From Hyphochytrium catenoides (taxonomy: Eukaryota; Protista; Hyphochytriomycota): a stretch of DNA of 64,000 nt. The position numbers and the translations under genes are program-made. Of the stretch, positions 1-11,900 are shown one piece after another. The DNA lies in NCBI GenBank assembly GCA_900088475.1, contig FLMG01001458.1:1-64000 (forward strand). The letters run 5' to 3'. The notes below the pieces were generated by a model that was given only the letters and a program-made list of their open reading frames with translations, ran no database searches and had not been told where the DNA came from. Positions within the stretch are counted from its first letter, which is position 1. The number at the start of each line of letters is the position of its first letter.

Positions 1-346
1 GGACGCGTTATTCCCGCATAATCTCGTTATTATCCTTAATAATCCGGCTGACCTGGTGACCTGAGGCTACTGTATATTTCATCAAATCAAGACATCAGTA
101 GATTCACAATAAGACAGGGTATGGAGGGTGTAAATGTCAAATATGCTTTTTTTTACAAGGCTGTCTTGGTCACTCTTTTGTCTAAATACCTGTGAAAAAT
201 CTCTTTATTGACGTTTTGTCGCTTGGTAAGGAAAATAATGCGAAGGTTGAAGTTACATTTGTGATTTCTGTCAACAAAGGTCGAGGAGGTTCCTCTGCTG
301 CTGCTGTAACGAGCTCACTCATTCTCTCTCTTCGCCTTTCTTCTCA

Positions 347-398
<52 letters not shown>
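347..398. repeat. (CT)n microsatellite upstream of the Nramp gene
   Basis: Near-perfect CT dinucleotide run; explains the LSLSLS/ERERER ORFs here. Confidence 0.95.
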
Positions 399-400
<2 letters not shown>

Positions 401-840
401 CGTGCGCGCTCTCACGCGGTGGCTCTCTCTCCTCCGCTGTGGTCTCTTCCGTTCTGTCTCCTTGGTCCTCATTCTCCTCAATCGCTGTCTCTGTGCCTCT
501 CCTTTCCCTTCGACAGGTCTACCTCTCCTTTTCTCTCTCCTTACCATCCGTCAGCAATGCTCCGCTCTGCTCATCCTCTCCTCACGGTTGGTCGGTCTAC
601 ACCTAGGGACCACGATAGGCAAGATTCACCTCTGCCGCAGGATGTTGGGCGGCAGGATGACAGCCATCGCCGCAACTTCCCTTGGTGCGGCAGGTGCTTC
701 TGATCCCATCTCCCATCAGCAACCTCATCTCTCTTTCTAGCTTCATCCCTTCCTCAAGCAGTCGGTCACAGGAAGCCCATTGTATCATCGGCTTTCTGGG
801 AAGACAGAGAGAGAGAGAGAAGAAAGAGAGAAAGAGAGAG

Positions 841-2325
841 ATGATAGAGAGAGAGAGGCCCGTGTTAGAAGGAGACAGAGAGCCAGAAGATGGCCAGCTA
901 GACCCACAGCCGCCGCTGGCAGCTGTGGAGAAAGCAAAGACATCGTCAAAGCCGCGCTGGGTCTATGAACAGCTGGGAGAAGACTCTTGTGAAGAGAGCA
1001 TCACAGCTCTTCCTGCTGGGGCCTCCGCCCAGGAAGCTCTCTCTTTGAAGAAGGCAGCACATAGTTTAGAAGCAGGCACGCTTTCAGGAGAGAGAGAAAA
1101 GAGCTTCTTCCGGCTGGTCCTTTCCTCTCTCTCCACCGCGTTTGTCGCGTCTGTGGCCTATGTAGACCCAGGGAACTTCGCGACTAACATCCAGGCAGGC
1201 TCACAGTTTGGCTACATGCTCCTCTGGGTTGTTCTGCTGGCCAACGTCATGGCAATGCTGTTCCAGCTCCTGTCTGTCAAGCTTGGTCGAGCGTCTGGCT
1301 ATAGTTTGGCTCGCTGCTGCAGAGAGCACTTGCATCCTTATCTCACCTTTTTACTCTGGCTGGCAGCAGAGCTTGCTGTCATTGCCACGGACATTGCAGA
1401 GTTTGTCGGCGCCTCAGTCGGACTGCAGATTCTTTTCAACATCCCGCTCATCTGGGGCGGCGTCCTAACGACTCTTTCTACTCTGGCGCTGCTGGTTGTG
1501 CATGAGAGAGGTGTGAAGCTTTTTGAGAGCGCTGTGATCTTCTTTGTCTCGATTATTGCCGTCTGTTACATTGTCGAGACTATCATTGACAAGCCTGACT
1601 GGGCCTTAGTGGCAGAGCAGACCTTCGTGCCTCATCTGGCGGGTACAGAGTCCATCCTCCTCGCTGTCGGGATTGTTGGCGCCACGGTCATGCCTCATGC
1701 CATCTTCTTACACTCAGGCATCGTACAGGACACCGAGAAGGGAGACCTGAAGGACAGCGGCCATTCCTCTGCACAGAGATCCATTACCATTGAGGCCGTT
1801 GCCATTGGGATTGCCTTAGGTATTGCTGGCTTTGTGAACCTCTCAGTCCTCATCATGTCCGCCTCGGCCTTCCATACCACGGGCCTTACAGAGATAGCCA
1901 CGCTGGAGGGAGCTTTCGAGACTCTCACGCCTATCCTTGGCCCCGCGGCAAGCTACATCTTTGCTATTGGGCTGGTGTCCTCTGGCATCTCTTCCTCCGC
2001 AGTCGGGACTTTGGCTGGACAGATCGTCATGGAGGGCTTCTTAGAGTATAAAGTCTCTATGTGGATCCGCCGGTTCGTGACTGTGGTGCCTTCGTTGGCA
2101 GTCATTCTTTCAGGGGCTGACGCCACACGGGCGCTGGTGGTGAGCCAGGTTGTTCTCAGCTTCTGCATCCCCTTTGCCCTGCTCCCACTGCTCTACTTCA
2201 CGAGCTATAGGGCAGACGTTATGGGCGAGTGGCTGAATAGCCGACTAACGACCGCAGTAGCTTCACTGTTTGCGGTGATCGTCATAGGCATGAACGTGTT
2301 CCTTGTCTTCTCCGCCGCTCTATAG
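841..2325 (+). CDS. Nramp/MntH family divalent metal (Mn2+/Fe2+) transporter, intronless
   Basis: First ATG at 841. TM1 motif AYVDPGNFATNIQAG, TM6 motif GATVMPHAIFLHS, transport motif GTLAGQIVMEGFL, about 11 hydrophobic segments. Confidence 0.96.
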   Translation: MIERERPVLEGDREPEDGQLDPQPPLAAVEKAKTSSKPRWVYEQLGEDSCEESITALPAGASAQEALSLKKAAHSLEAGTLSGEREKSFFRLVLSSLSTAFVASVAYVDPGNFATNIQAGSQFGYMLLWVVLLANVMAMLFQLLSVKLGRASGYSLARCCREHLHPYLTFLLWLAAELAVIATDIAEFVGASVGLQILFNIPLIWGGVLTTLSTLALLVVHERGVKLFESAVIFFVSIIAVCYIVETIIDKPDWALVAEQTFVPHLAGTESILLAVGIVGATVMPHAIFLHSGIVQDTEKGDLKDSGHSSAQRSITIEAVAIGIALGIAGFVNLSVLIMSASAFHTTGLTEIATLEGAFETLTPILGPAASYIFAIGLVSSGISSSAVGTLAGQIVMEGFLEYKVSMWIRRFVTVVPSLAVILSGADATRALVVSQVVLSFCIPFALLPLLYFTSYRADVMGEWLNSRLTTAVASLFAVIVIGMNVFLVFSAAL

Positions 2326-3095
2326 TCCACAGCCACAGTGTCCATATCGAGGGGTCCATGCCAGTGTGCGGGAAAGACAAGGCCGGAATCCGCTGAAGCT
2401 CATCCCACGTCACCTTCAGGCGCTTGTAAGGTGTTCAACTATCCGTTTATCTCTCTCTCCAGCTGTGCTTCTTTCAAAGAGGCCCTTGACAGGCATAGGA
2501 AGAGGGGCAATAACTGCGAACAGGTCGTGAGGATGATGCACGCAGAGGCTCCTTATGAACGGCACGGGTTCCATCAAGCCGGTCTTATCATCGTGAAGAT
2601 GATAGAGTTGTAAGACTTGGAAGAAGGATTCCATGAGACAAAGAGACAGTTCTGCACCGAGATTCAAGAGCAAGCTCAGTCCAAGTGCTCATATCGGTAT
2701 CTTGCCGTGGACAAGCGGTAGCGTTTAGGGACGACAGGCGGAAACAGCTAGAGGCGCACACATTGTGTCTCAGAGCAGCCAAAGCGGCCTGCTCTGCGTC
2801 TCTTTAGAATAGCTTCTTAGCTGCTCGTACTCATGAGAGCAGCTTCTTAAGCTTTAGACGTAGCTCTTACGCAAGCTAGTTGACCTATCTACAGCGCATA
2901 ATGGATACGTACATATATATATATATAGCCAGAGCCTGTGCTTGTTCTCTTCTCCTCACTCGTGCTACTGACTCCTTACCTTTAAAAAGAAGCAAAGCCT
3001 AGCCAGCATCCAGCTTCGGGATGAATGTTGCTAGTCCTCCAGCCTTATCGCCACGATGATAGGGCCTCAGGGGCCGTCTTGTTGGCGGAGGGTAG

Positions 3096-5912
3096 CTACG
3101 TAATGTCCAGATCGACTCTCAAAATGTCAGCAATCACTGCAGCGTTCCGTCGAGGACGCTTTCTCGGTCCTTCTTTTCCCATAGAAGAGCACATGCTGTT
3201 GCTATGGCTGTTATCCTCATCATTCTTCCCGGCCTGGCAAATCTTTTCCCACCGGCTCTTACAGCTGAGCCCTGTCTTATGGCTGTCGAAGCCCGCAGCT
3301 ACCTGCAACCAGTCGATCCCGCCCTTCTTCTTTCCATCTTCCTCGGGATATGCCTGATGTCTGCTCACAAGCTCTTTCAGCCTCTGATCGTCAGCAGGGG
3401 TCCAGAGCCATTTTCGGAGGCAGTCAACGGCCGAGGACTCAGCTACGTCAAACATCTCTGATGGAACATCTCCGACCGCTGCTTTTGTCGCCGTCTCAAC
3501 CGTCTGTTCCACTTGCAGAGCTCTCCATCGACGGCGGCAATCCGTTGGCTCTCTCCCTGGGAGGTACGAGCTTACGCCCTTCCAGTCAACTTCCCTGCTA
3601 GACATCATAGCGCCAGGCTCCCTAGGACTGGCAGCTGTAGGAGACAGAGGGGCAGAGGAATTATAGTGCAACACAGCCAATTGTACTAACTTCTGGTCCT
3701 CAGAGTCCGACCAGTCTCTGGCTGTGACGATCCCAAGCTCCTTCTTCTTCCCATGAGACGCCACTCGTGGGATGCTAGAAGGCGTCCTTCTGGTCCCTCT
3801 CTGCTCTTCGCTAACGCTAACAGAGTCCCTTTCGGGCTTCTCCCAATGCCCTTTGTTACTGCCTACGACTCTGTTGGCTGAGCTCAATCCCTCATAGACT
3901 TTGACTTGCGCAACTTCTGTTTCCTCAGCTTCCTCCAGTGCCCTCCTCAGTTCGAACTCCTCTTTAGATGCTGTTTCCGCCTCACTGATCAGCTCATGCC
4001 TCTTGCGCTTCTTACTACTCCGTGGAGAAGGCAGCGTGTGAATAGCTCGGGGACGACCAAGCTCCGTCCCCAGTCTCTCTTCAAGACTGTTACCGCGACC
4101 ATTGCGACGATCGTAGGCCCCAGAGCCGGCGCAGCTCTCTTCTTGGGCTCTGTGGATCCTGGTATAGGGATGGATGGTGGCTGCTAGCAGCTGATATCTT
4201 GCGTTCTCTAGGTGGCTTGTTGATTGCTGATGGGTACCTTCGCCAAGCCACTGATAATGGCGGTGGAGGGCCTTGGTGTGCGATGCAGCTAGTCGTTGCT
4301 CTTCTAGTTCTCCCCCGCGTCTTACCAACTCCTCGCCTTTCTTGGGCATGTAGTTTGCTGGTAGAGGCTCTATATAGGCATTGGGGTGCCTGAAGGATTG
4401 TTTGCTTGTGACACCACCAGCCTCAACACCGCGCAGAATATCTGACAATGGACATGTGTCAGCATACTTCTCTCTGGATTGGGCCGCGCTCTCCTGCACC
4501 CCAGAGGACGGATTGCTAGCTCTCTTCAAGAACACAAAGTCCACCACCCATATGCCTGGCTGGAGATGTCTCCCATCCCGAGTGTGATAAGGGTGCTGCA
4601 GCAGGTAAGGAGAACTTCTGAGCTTTGCTAACTGAGCCTCAGCTTCCCTGGAATGGCTCTTCATCATCACCAGTGACTCGTCATCCTCAGCCAGACCTCC
4701 TGGTGGGACTCCCGAGGAAGATGATAAAGCAACAACTGGCTTTTCGGCGGAGCTGACTTCATGCTGGCGAGCACTAGCGTTAGCATTTCTAGCACTTCGC
4801 TCCATTCTTCGACTAGATTTTTGCTTCCCGCCACGACTGAGGGTTTGGCGTTTAGTAGGTAGGCGTCGCGCAGCTTGGTATCTCTGCAAAGCTTCCCATT
4901 GCCTGCGCTCCAATGCCTCTTTGTAACTCTCTCCATTCTTCCACGGTGGTAGATCTCCCTTGTTTTTGGAAACAACGTCGTAGTGGTCGGGCAGCGCAGC
5001 AATAGAAGCTCCTGCGGAAGCGCTAATGGTGTTGCTAGCTGAGCGAGAAGACCATGAGGAGGGACGAGGTGAACGTCTGTCGTACTCATAACTATTATTC
5101 TGACTGCCATACACAGAGAGTGATTGGCTGGCCGTGGGTCGCAAAGCCCTTCTTCCCCCATGATGAGCCTCTATCGCTCTCTGAGAGTAAGCCCTACTAG
5201 TCACGTGCTTCTCCGGCGCAAGAAGAGTTGTCCCTCCAGCACTAGAAACAGCGGTGGTCATTGCTGATGGGCAATAGACCTTGATGCCACAATCCTCTCT
5301 GGAGTGGACCTTGTTGGTCTCAATAAGATGCAGAGGTCTTCCGCCATGTGCAGCCGCTACTTCAGGATGGGTTGTTAGAGGATGACTTGTTCCCTTCAGT
5401 GTGCCAATAGGCCTACCGTGAGGCGCTGCATGAGAACCTGATGCGTGATCGGATTGAGGAAAGTAGAGGCTCCGCCTTTCTCTTGATGTGTAGGCGGATC
5501 CTGGCTCTGGGGCTCGGTGAATGTAATGTCCTGGGATAGGGCTGATTGCCTCTGCTGTGTGTTCTCCATGAATGAGTCTGTACCGCTCGCCGTGTCTCAA
5601 AGCTCCCGCCCGGAGGATGGGCGCTGGATGCCCGACAGGCTCACGATCGTAGTGGGAAGGCAGCTGGTAGCTGGCAGTAGGAGCATTTCTACTATAGAGA
5701 GCTTTATGTTTTTCTTCTCCAGGAATAGAAAGGCTACTAGCTGTTCTTCCCCACTCACCGGGCCTCTGACATTCCAGGAAGACAGTCGAGGGCCCGTGAT
5801 GGTATCTCCGTTCGTCATAGAAGTAGTAGGCATCCTCTTCCAGTGCCATCAGTCCTTCACGATATGGCTGATAAGGGGCTTCTCTATTATTGCCGACAAT
5901 GACGCCCGTCAA
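3096..5912 (-). CDS. Myb/SANT-domain protein with two C-terminal repeats; start uncertain
   Basis: 938-aa open frame with Trp-spaced repeats DWSDSEDQKL..DWKGVSSYLPGREPTDCRRRW and WTPADDQRLKELV..IDWLQVAAGF..SCKSRW, plus basic NLS-like KKRKR and RKRPRR. The track start is TTG, so the true start is a downstream ATG or an upstream exon. Confidence 0.82.
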   Translation of the reverse strand: MTGVIVGNNREAPYQPYREGLMALEEDAYYFYDERRYHHGPSTVFLECQRPGEWGRTASSLSIPGEEKHKALYSRNAPTASYQLPSHYDREPVGHPAPILRAGALRHGERYRLIHGEHTAEAISPIPGHYIHRAPEPGSAYTSRERRSLYFPQSDHASGSHAAPHGRPIGTLKGTSHPLTTHPEVAAAHGGRPLHLIETNKVHSREDCGIKVYCPSAMTTAVSSAGGTTLLAPEKHVTSRAYSQRAIEAHHGGRRALRPTASQSLSVYGSQNNSYEYDRRSPRPSSWSSRSASNTISASAGASIAALPDHYDVVSKNKGDLPPWKNGESYKEALERRQWEALQRYQAARRLPTKRQTLSRGGKQKSSRRMERSARNANASARQHEVSSAEKPVVALSSSSGVPPGGLAEDDESLVMMKSHSREAEAQLAKLRSSPYLLQHPYHTRDGRHLQPGIWVVDFVFLKRASNPSSGVQESAAQSREKYADTCPLSDILRGVEAGGVTSKQSFRHPNAYIEPLPANYMPKKGEELVRRGGELEEQRLAASHTKALHRHYQWLGEGTHQQSTSHLENARYQLLAATIHPYTRIHRAQEESCAGSGAYDRRNGRGNSLEERLGTELGRPRAIHTLPSPRSSKKRKRHELISEAETASKEEFELRRALEEAEETEVAQVKVYEGLSSANRVVGSNKGHWEKPERDSVSVSEEQRGTRRTPSSIPRVASHGKKKELGIVTARDWSDSEDQKLVQLAVLHYNSSAPLSPTAASPREPGAMMSSREVDWKGVSSYLPGREPTDCRRRWRALQVEQTVETATKAAVGDVPSEMFDVAESSAVDCLRKWLWTPADDQRLKELVSRHQAYPEEDGKKKGGIDWLQVAAGFDSHKTGLSCKSRWEKICQAGKNDEDNSHSNSMCSSMGKEGPRKRPRRNAAVIADILRVDLDIT

Positions 5913-8900
5913 GAACGAAGGTGATGACGCTTCTTTCTGAGAAGGCCCTGGTACGTACTCGGATAAGGAGCACGGCAGTCAACGGCCGTTCAAGGAGATG
6001 GACTGTGATGAACCAGGGCTCTCAGGAAATGCTCTGATAAGCTTCTGCCATCAAGCAGGAGATTGGAGAAGGAGGTTATAAGTGAATAGCTGAGCGGAGA
6101 GATCTTCTGTTGTTTAGGATCCCTCACGCTCAATCGTCCTAAGCATGAGGACGACGACGGTAAGCAAAGACTGCACAGTAAGGATACCACCACACAAGCA
6201 ATTGAACGCGATGACAGAGATCTTCCCCACAAGGTAGAAGAACGGAACTTTCTAGAGCAACCTCAACGCCGCAACTCCTCGTATCTTCACACGCGATGAG
6301 GTTCAGCGGTCAGAGACGTAGAGCAACAGCGAGAGCGAGCGCGAAGCGGATACTCTGTTAGCTTGCTCTGCCAGCCGCAGCAACAAGAAGAGGAGGTTAC
6401 AGCGGGCGGGAGGATAGATGACAAAGCGGACGGAGGTGGTGCGTTATACCGGTGATGATGGGGATCTGATGAGGATAGAAGCAGCAAGCAGTGCACCACC
6501 ACGCTGCGACTTCCGGCAGTCCGCGCGCGCGCGCCTTGACATGGCACCAGCAGCAATCCGTCCTCCTCCTCCTCTGGATAGCAACCGCAGCAGCAACAGC
6601 CTCCTCCTCCCCTAGTCTTCTACCGTCCACGTCCATCGGCCATCCTGGGGCGTTTCCTCCTTCGTCAAGACTCAAGAAGTTCTGCTTATTGAAAGACAGG
6701 CCTCGTGCTATCTCTTGATGGCCTTTTGGCCTTGGCCTCCTGGTACTGTAGTGCAGCGGCGGACAGAATAATAACGGCCCCAGAAACCCAAAACGTCCCT
6801 TGAGGCTGTCTCTCCTGTACGACGTCGTACAATGTCATGTACAGTCACGCCAACGGGAAGATTTCCGCTGTTTTTGGAACTTTGATAGGTTTCCACTTCT
6901 TGATGAGCCTTTCGGATAAAGAGGAGTGCAAGGGCAATGTTTCAAGCTTGACCTTTTCATGTCACATTTCCTAGGGATTTAGAACTTCTCGGTACAGACA
7001 GGAGGGCTGTCGTGTTCTATGTATAGGCTGTTTGATGTTTGTCTTGTCCCCCGTTTATTACAGTAATATAAATGATAAAGTTGCTCTGCAGGAAAGGCTG
7101 ACAGGGTGATGGGAAAAGTATATTGTATTTGATGAGGTTTATGAAACAAATATTATTGCGTGCGTATGAAGGCTTGTAATTATATACAAAAATAATCCAC
7201 AAAAGCCTTTCTTTGCAGAAAGAACTATTGGAAACTATTCATGTAAAGAACCCACCAGTCACACCGCTCCTATTATTATTAGGGGATAGGGCCAGACTGC
7301 CTCGTTAGACATCTTCTGTATCAAAAAGTTGGGCTGTCTCAGGGCATTGCTGAGCACTGTAGGACTGTATGAAATATTACTACTTCTGGCCGTTAAGCTT
7401 CCCTGTCATGGGCGCTGTGTCCCCTGTGTCTGTCTTGACACTTCCTTTGGCAAAGCGTCAGAAGAAGAGCCGCGACTATTCCTAAGAAGATGATCAATGT
7501 TGAGTTGCTGCTGCTGCTGCTACTACTTGTTGCTCGGTCGTTGCAACCAACTCCTTGTTGCCTGTCGTGAGGACTCTGGGAGGACCGGACTGACGAAGGA
7601 AAGTGCTTGAAGATATACCACCACCACCATTATTATCATGCCCCCCCCCGTCTGGCGGATTCACTATTGTTGTTGGGCCTTTATCTTCTTTTTACTTCAA
7701 CCTCTGAATGATGCCGTCGCGCCTCTGTTGCATGTGCAGCAGAGTCGAAATGCTCTGATTGAGTGAGGATGATGATAGGTTAGAGGAAAAGAGGAATAAT
7801 AGAACTACTACTACCAGAAGGCTTCTTTATAAGTCCTGCTGTTTACGAACACCAGCGCTTGGAGCTGTGTAATAACCGTTGTTCTGTACGACACTAGTAG
7901 TAGTAGTAGAACTAGTGCTCCTTATTATTATAGCCTACTAGCTAGCTAGTAGTACCAGCGTAGTAGCATCTTCTGTAGAATAGTCACCGTTATGCCTGCT
8001 ATCTTGATACAATAACTAGCTTCACAGAGTAGAATGCCCTTGCGTCTTGCGTCGCAACCGTTCTTATCCTTGAGTTCTAGTTCTATAACAGCGTGTGTGC
8101 TTCCGCTGTTGTTTGCTTCCTGCTTCAAGCTTGACCTGACCTGACCTGACGGGATAAAAAGGAAAATGCAGGACCGGTTGATGACAATGAGTACTTGTAC
8201 TCTTCTTGTGAGTAGTAATCCTTACTACGGAACAACCTGATAAGACTCTCGCACTCTCGAGGCTGTCTTCAGTCTGAACTCTTCTAAAGGAGGCAGGTCA
8301 AAGAATAATGCAAGCTCGTTCGGTGGCTGTAAATAAACTGAGTACAGTAGAACTAGTAGGAAGATTTAGAAGAGGTGGTGATATCACCGATACGCCAAAG
8401 CCCTAGGAGTATTATTAGCACTAAACTACTGTTGTGTAGTACGAAGACGCGTTGTTACGGCTTAATTAGGCAGGGATTTCCCTACTGTAACAGTTCTGGT
8501 CAAGTAAAGTACTCGAATTTGGTCATATTCAGAATTATACGTGGTTCCCGGTTCCCCATACTAATTACTCCTGTCTGCACAGATTACGAATTCCCGTGTA
8601 AGTGTATACTTATCCCACGGGTAATAGGTTACTGGTTGGTACTAATAATGGGATAAGTACACTGATGCGTAGTTCTACTACCGTTTTGAGGCTGTACAGT
8701 AGTATCTTGATGTGCTCTTGCCGCAATGTGAGAAAGAGGAGGGCACCTTCGCTGCTGCTGGACTATAATAATAATAATAATAATGTAGTGCTACAGGTAC
8801 CAGTAGAAGATGAAGGACGTTGCAGGAGCTCTGGTCAATGGCCGTTCCAGAATATAACAGCTAGCGTGATGCTTGATAGATAATGTGTGCCCACGCAGAA

Positions 8901-11900
8901 GAGGTTGTAAGCGTCTTCTTCTTCTTCAGCCCGTGCGTCTTGCTAAGCTTCTATCATCAGAAGAAGAACATGCCAAAGAAACAAAGAGGAAGAAGCGGGT
9001 CTCCTCCGACAGTTATTAGTTCTACTGGACACTGGACACTAAAAATAGAGGTGACTCAACAGGTAGTATATATCCTAAGAAGAGCACAACCGTACAAGTG
9101 CATGTGCTTCGTACAGGAATATCCACGTCTGCGCTCTGCCGGAGCACATCTCACTATTGATATTACTATGACGGAAGATTAGACATGATGGGATCACCGT
9201 GTACATACCAACAACTCCCGTGTCAAAAACCAATGTACAACTGCAGCTGCCACAAGCTGCTTTGTAGGCTACGACTAGACTTCAAGTCAGCCTTTATAAG
9301 GGGCTTGACAGTACATGCAGGCTGGGCTAGAGCCTGTAGTACTAGTAGCAAGCCATCGCAGGTTCAAAACTACAAGCGGCTAGTAGGGAGCAGGTCTCCT
9401 CCCCAAGATATGTATAGGCAGTAGTGCTAAGGGACTTGTCCAGTACTCACGAATTGGATTGGGAGTTACACGTTACTCAAGCTTCGTCAGCTTGGAAGAG
9501 ACTGCTTGTGGGGACACGACTTCTGGGTACCAAAGGCGGAAGATGGTTATAGGGCCGTTGCGTCTTTCCCCCTCAGGCCCTGCTCACTCTCTGTCGCCGG
9601 TCATAGTACAGCAGAGCAATTGTAGTGGTCTGTGAGATGGAAGGGTCGCCACAAATACCCGGTAAAGACCGTGCGTGTACGAGCACTATCGGCAAAGCCT
9701 AGAGGACACTATCATAAGTAGCTCCGATACGTAAGCGGCAATGATGATGGGTACAGGGAACGGCTCTACATGGGAAGATGGACTACTGGTCGCTGTCAGT
9801 TTCCCATAGGTTTCTATCTGGAAGAAGACTGGCCAGCAGTCCTCCTCTTTCTTCTTATTTACAAGCGGTAAAGGCAAACATACCACAGCTACGACATGAG
9901 GCGACGACTGTTTGAAGGCAACCGACATGAAACAGTATCGTCGAGACCGGAACCTACTGGTCACTGCCAGGTCGATATCATCTCCGACGAGGTTCTGAAG
10001 CTTACTCACTGCTGTCCTACCTGTGGGCGAGATTAATGCGGCCATCGCTCAAGCTTGACGACATCTCGTTGCTCCTACTCGCTCGCCTCTCTCAAAGAAC
10101 GGAACTGTAGTTACCCGCTTGCCGTTAGCTTGATCCTCTTTCTCCGCTGAGGACTGAAAGAAGCAACAAAAGGTAAAGCAGCAGCAGAAGAAGGCAGATA
10201 GAAGTAGGAAATAAGGGCCGTGATGGCCAGACTTCTTGACGTGACGGTTCAACTTCTCCAATAATATAACTACCCTACTACCTCTGGTATGGAGGAAGAC
10301 TGCTCTTCATCACTGACACCCTTCAACATGACACAAGCGCAGCCGCGACGACTCGCAGAGGGAGTAGCACCTGAATGCCTTTCAGTGTCCTACAACCTCC
10401 ACCCAAGAAGGGCCGAACATGACATGACCAGCAACACAGAGAGTTGATTATAATTTAGCAGCAGAGGAAGACACCAGCATAACATGCACGGAACATAACT
10501 CATTTTACTTGTTTTAGTGCAGCTTCGTCTGTCTCTCTCTCTCTATCAGGTCTATGGCACTAGGGCCAAGCACAACCAGTGGTGCGGCACAAGCAGCAAA
10601 CAGCAACAGCCTGCTGATATAATAATAATATTTTAAAACAGGACCATAGAGCGCAGGCAGAAGAGACTGAGGAGAGCAGGAGGGACCACTACCTCAGCCC
10701 CACTCAACGTAGCCGCAGAAGACAGAAACGCGACGAGGAACGATAGAAGAACAAGAGCGGAAGTGACAGGGAGAAGAGCCACACCAGTGATAGGTCGCCA
10801 AGGTGCCAGAAGACAACCGAGAGAGGAGTCCGACCACAGCAAGAGCAGCAACAAGAGCGTCATCTTCCTGACCGACCCGCTATCACAGATGAAGCACCAA
10901 TCGAGGGGAGATAACAATGGCCGCCACAGCGCAGGTTCACCAAGAGGTCGTTTGATGTAGTACATTAGAACATAGGTAAGGGGAGCCCTACCTAGAAAGC
11001 ACCATCCCCTAGTAATAGGCTCAAACGACAGGAAAAGGGAGAAGCGCAATAAGTGGAGAGAAGAGAGATCAGATACGGGACGCCAGCAGCGAGCCTGGCG
11101 CACCGCCGAGAGTCTAGCTTAGTGCGTGATGATAAACCCCAGCACCACTGCCTCCCTTTAAGCAGGGGAAGGGGCAGGCAAGGGGCAGGGCTCCCAAGGG
11201 GGCGAGTCATTGTAACCTCACTGGAGGCCTCACCACCCGTACAGCCATAAAAAGAAATATAATAATATAATACTAGTTTTTTGTCCATGCCTACGGACGG
11301 CTTGTTGAGATGTAACTGGAGGACGGGCAACAGCTTCTGAAGCAATAGTTTACGGCAGGTTTGGTGAGACCGCCAGCTTGACAGTGTGCCAATCTCTTTC
11401 AGCCAAAAGCAACCTTGTCTAGAAGAATGCTGAATCTGTTACAAATAAAGCCACGCACAGCGTGTCAGGTTTCTTTCAACAACGCTCTAGGTTCTCCCCC
11501 GTGCAAGGAAGGCAACATCAGCAGCCGCGGCTTTATGATTTGACGAGCATTGTCCTCTTAGTGGAGACCAGGTATAGTCTCTGTCACGACTACTCGTCCT
11601 CCTGCGGTAGATAATAAGGGCAAGGGCTGTGTCGCGTGGTAGTTGATCCTCATCCTATGCTCAAATGATCGTCATGGAGAACTAGTAGGAGGTAACGACG
11701 CTTACGTATAGCCCAGGCAACAACACGCTCACTCGGCCCAAGTGGTACGGTGGCTTCGCTGCTCCTACCATGCATTACAAGTAGCACTACTGCAAGATCG
11801 ACCCTAACAACTAACCTGCCTAGTCGCAATCGCCTCCGCCATCCTCCTTGTTGCCGCTCGTTATCAATCGAGAGCAAATGTGAATACAAAGCAAATGTGA

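Noticed and set aside
192-840. ORFs rich in LS/ER repeats (also 12546-13093, 14112-14467, 18714-19216, 31443-31662)
   Set aside because: Translation artefacts of CT/GA microsatellites.
11164-11203. G-tract cluster (G-quadruplex or LTR polypurine tract)
   Set aside because: No paired LTR or retroelement ORF in the window.
11665-11883. TAR-to-Gln genetic code reassignment
   Set aside because: Conserved genes here end at TAG/TAA and have no in-frame TAR codons; the tRNA-Gln anticodon is the standard UUG.
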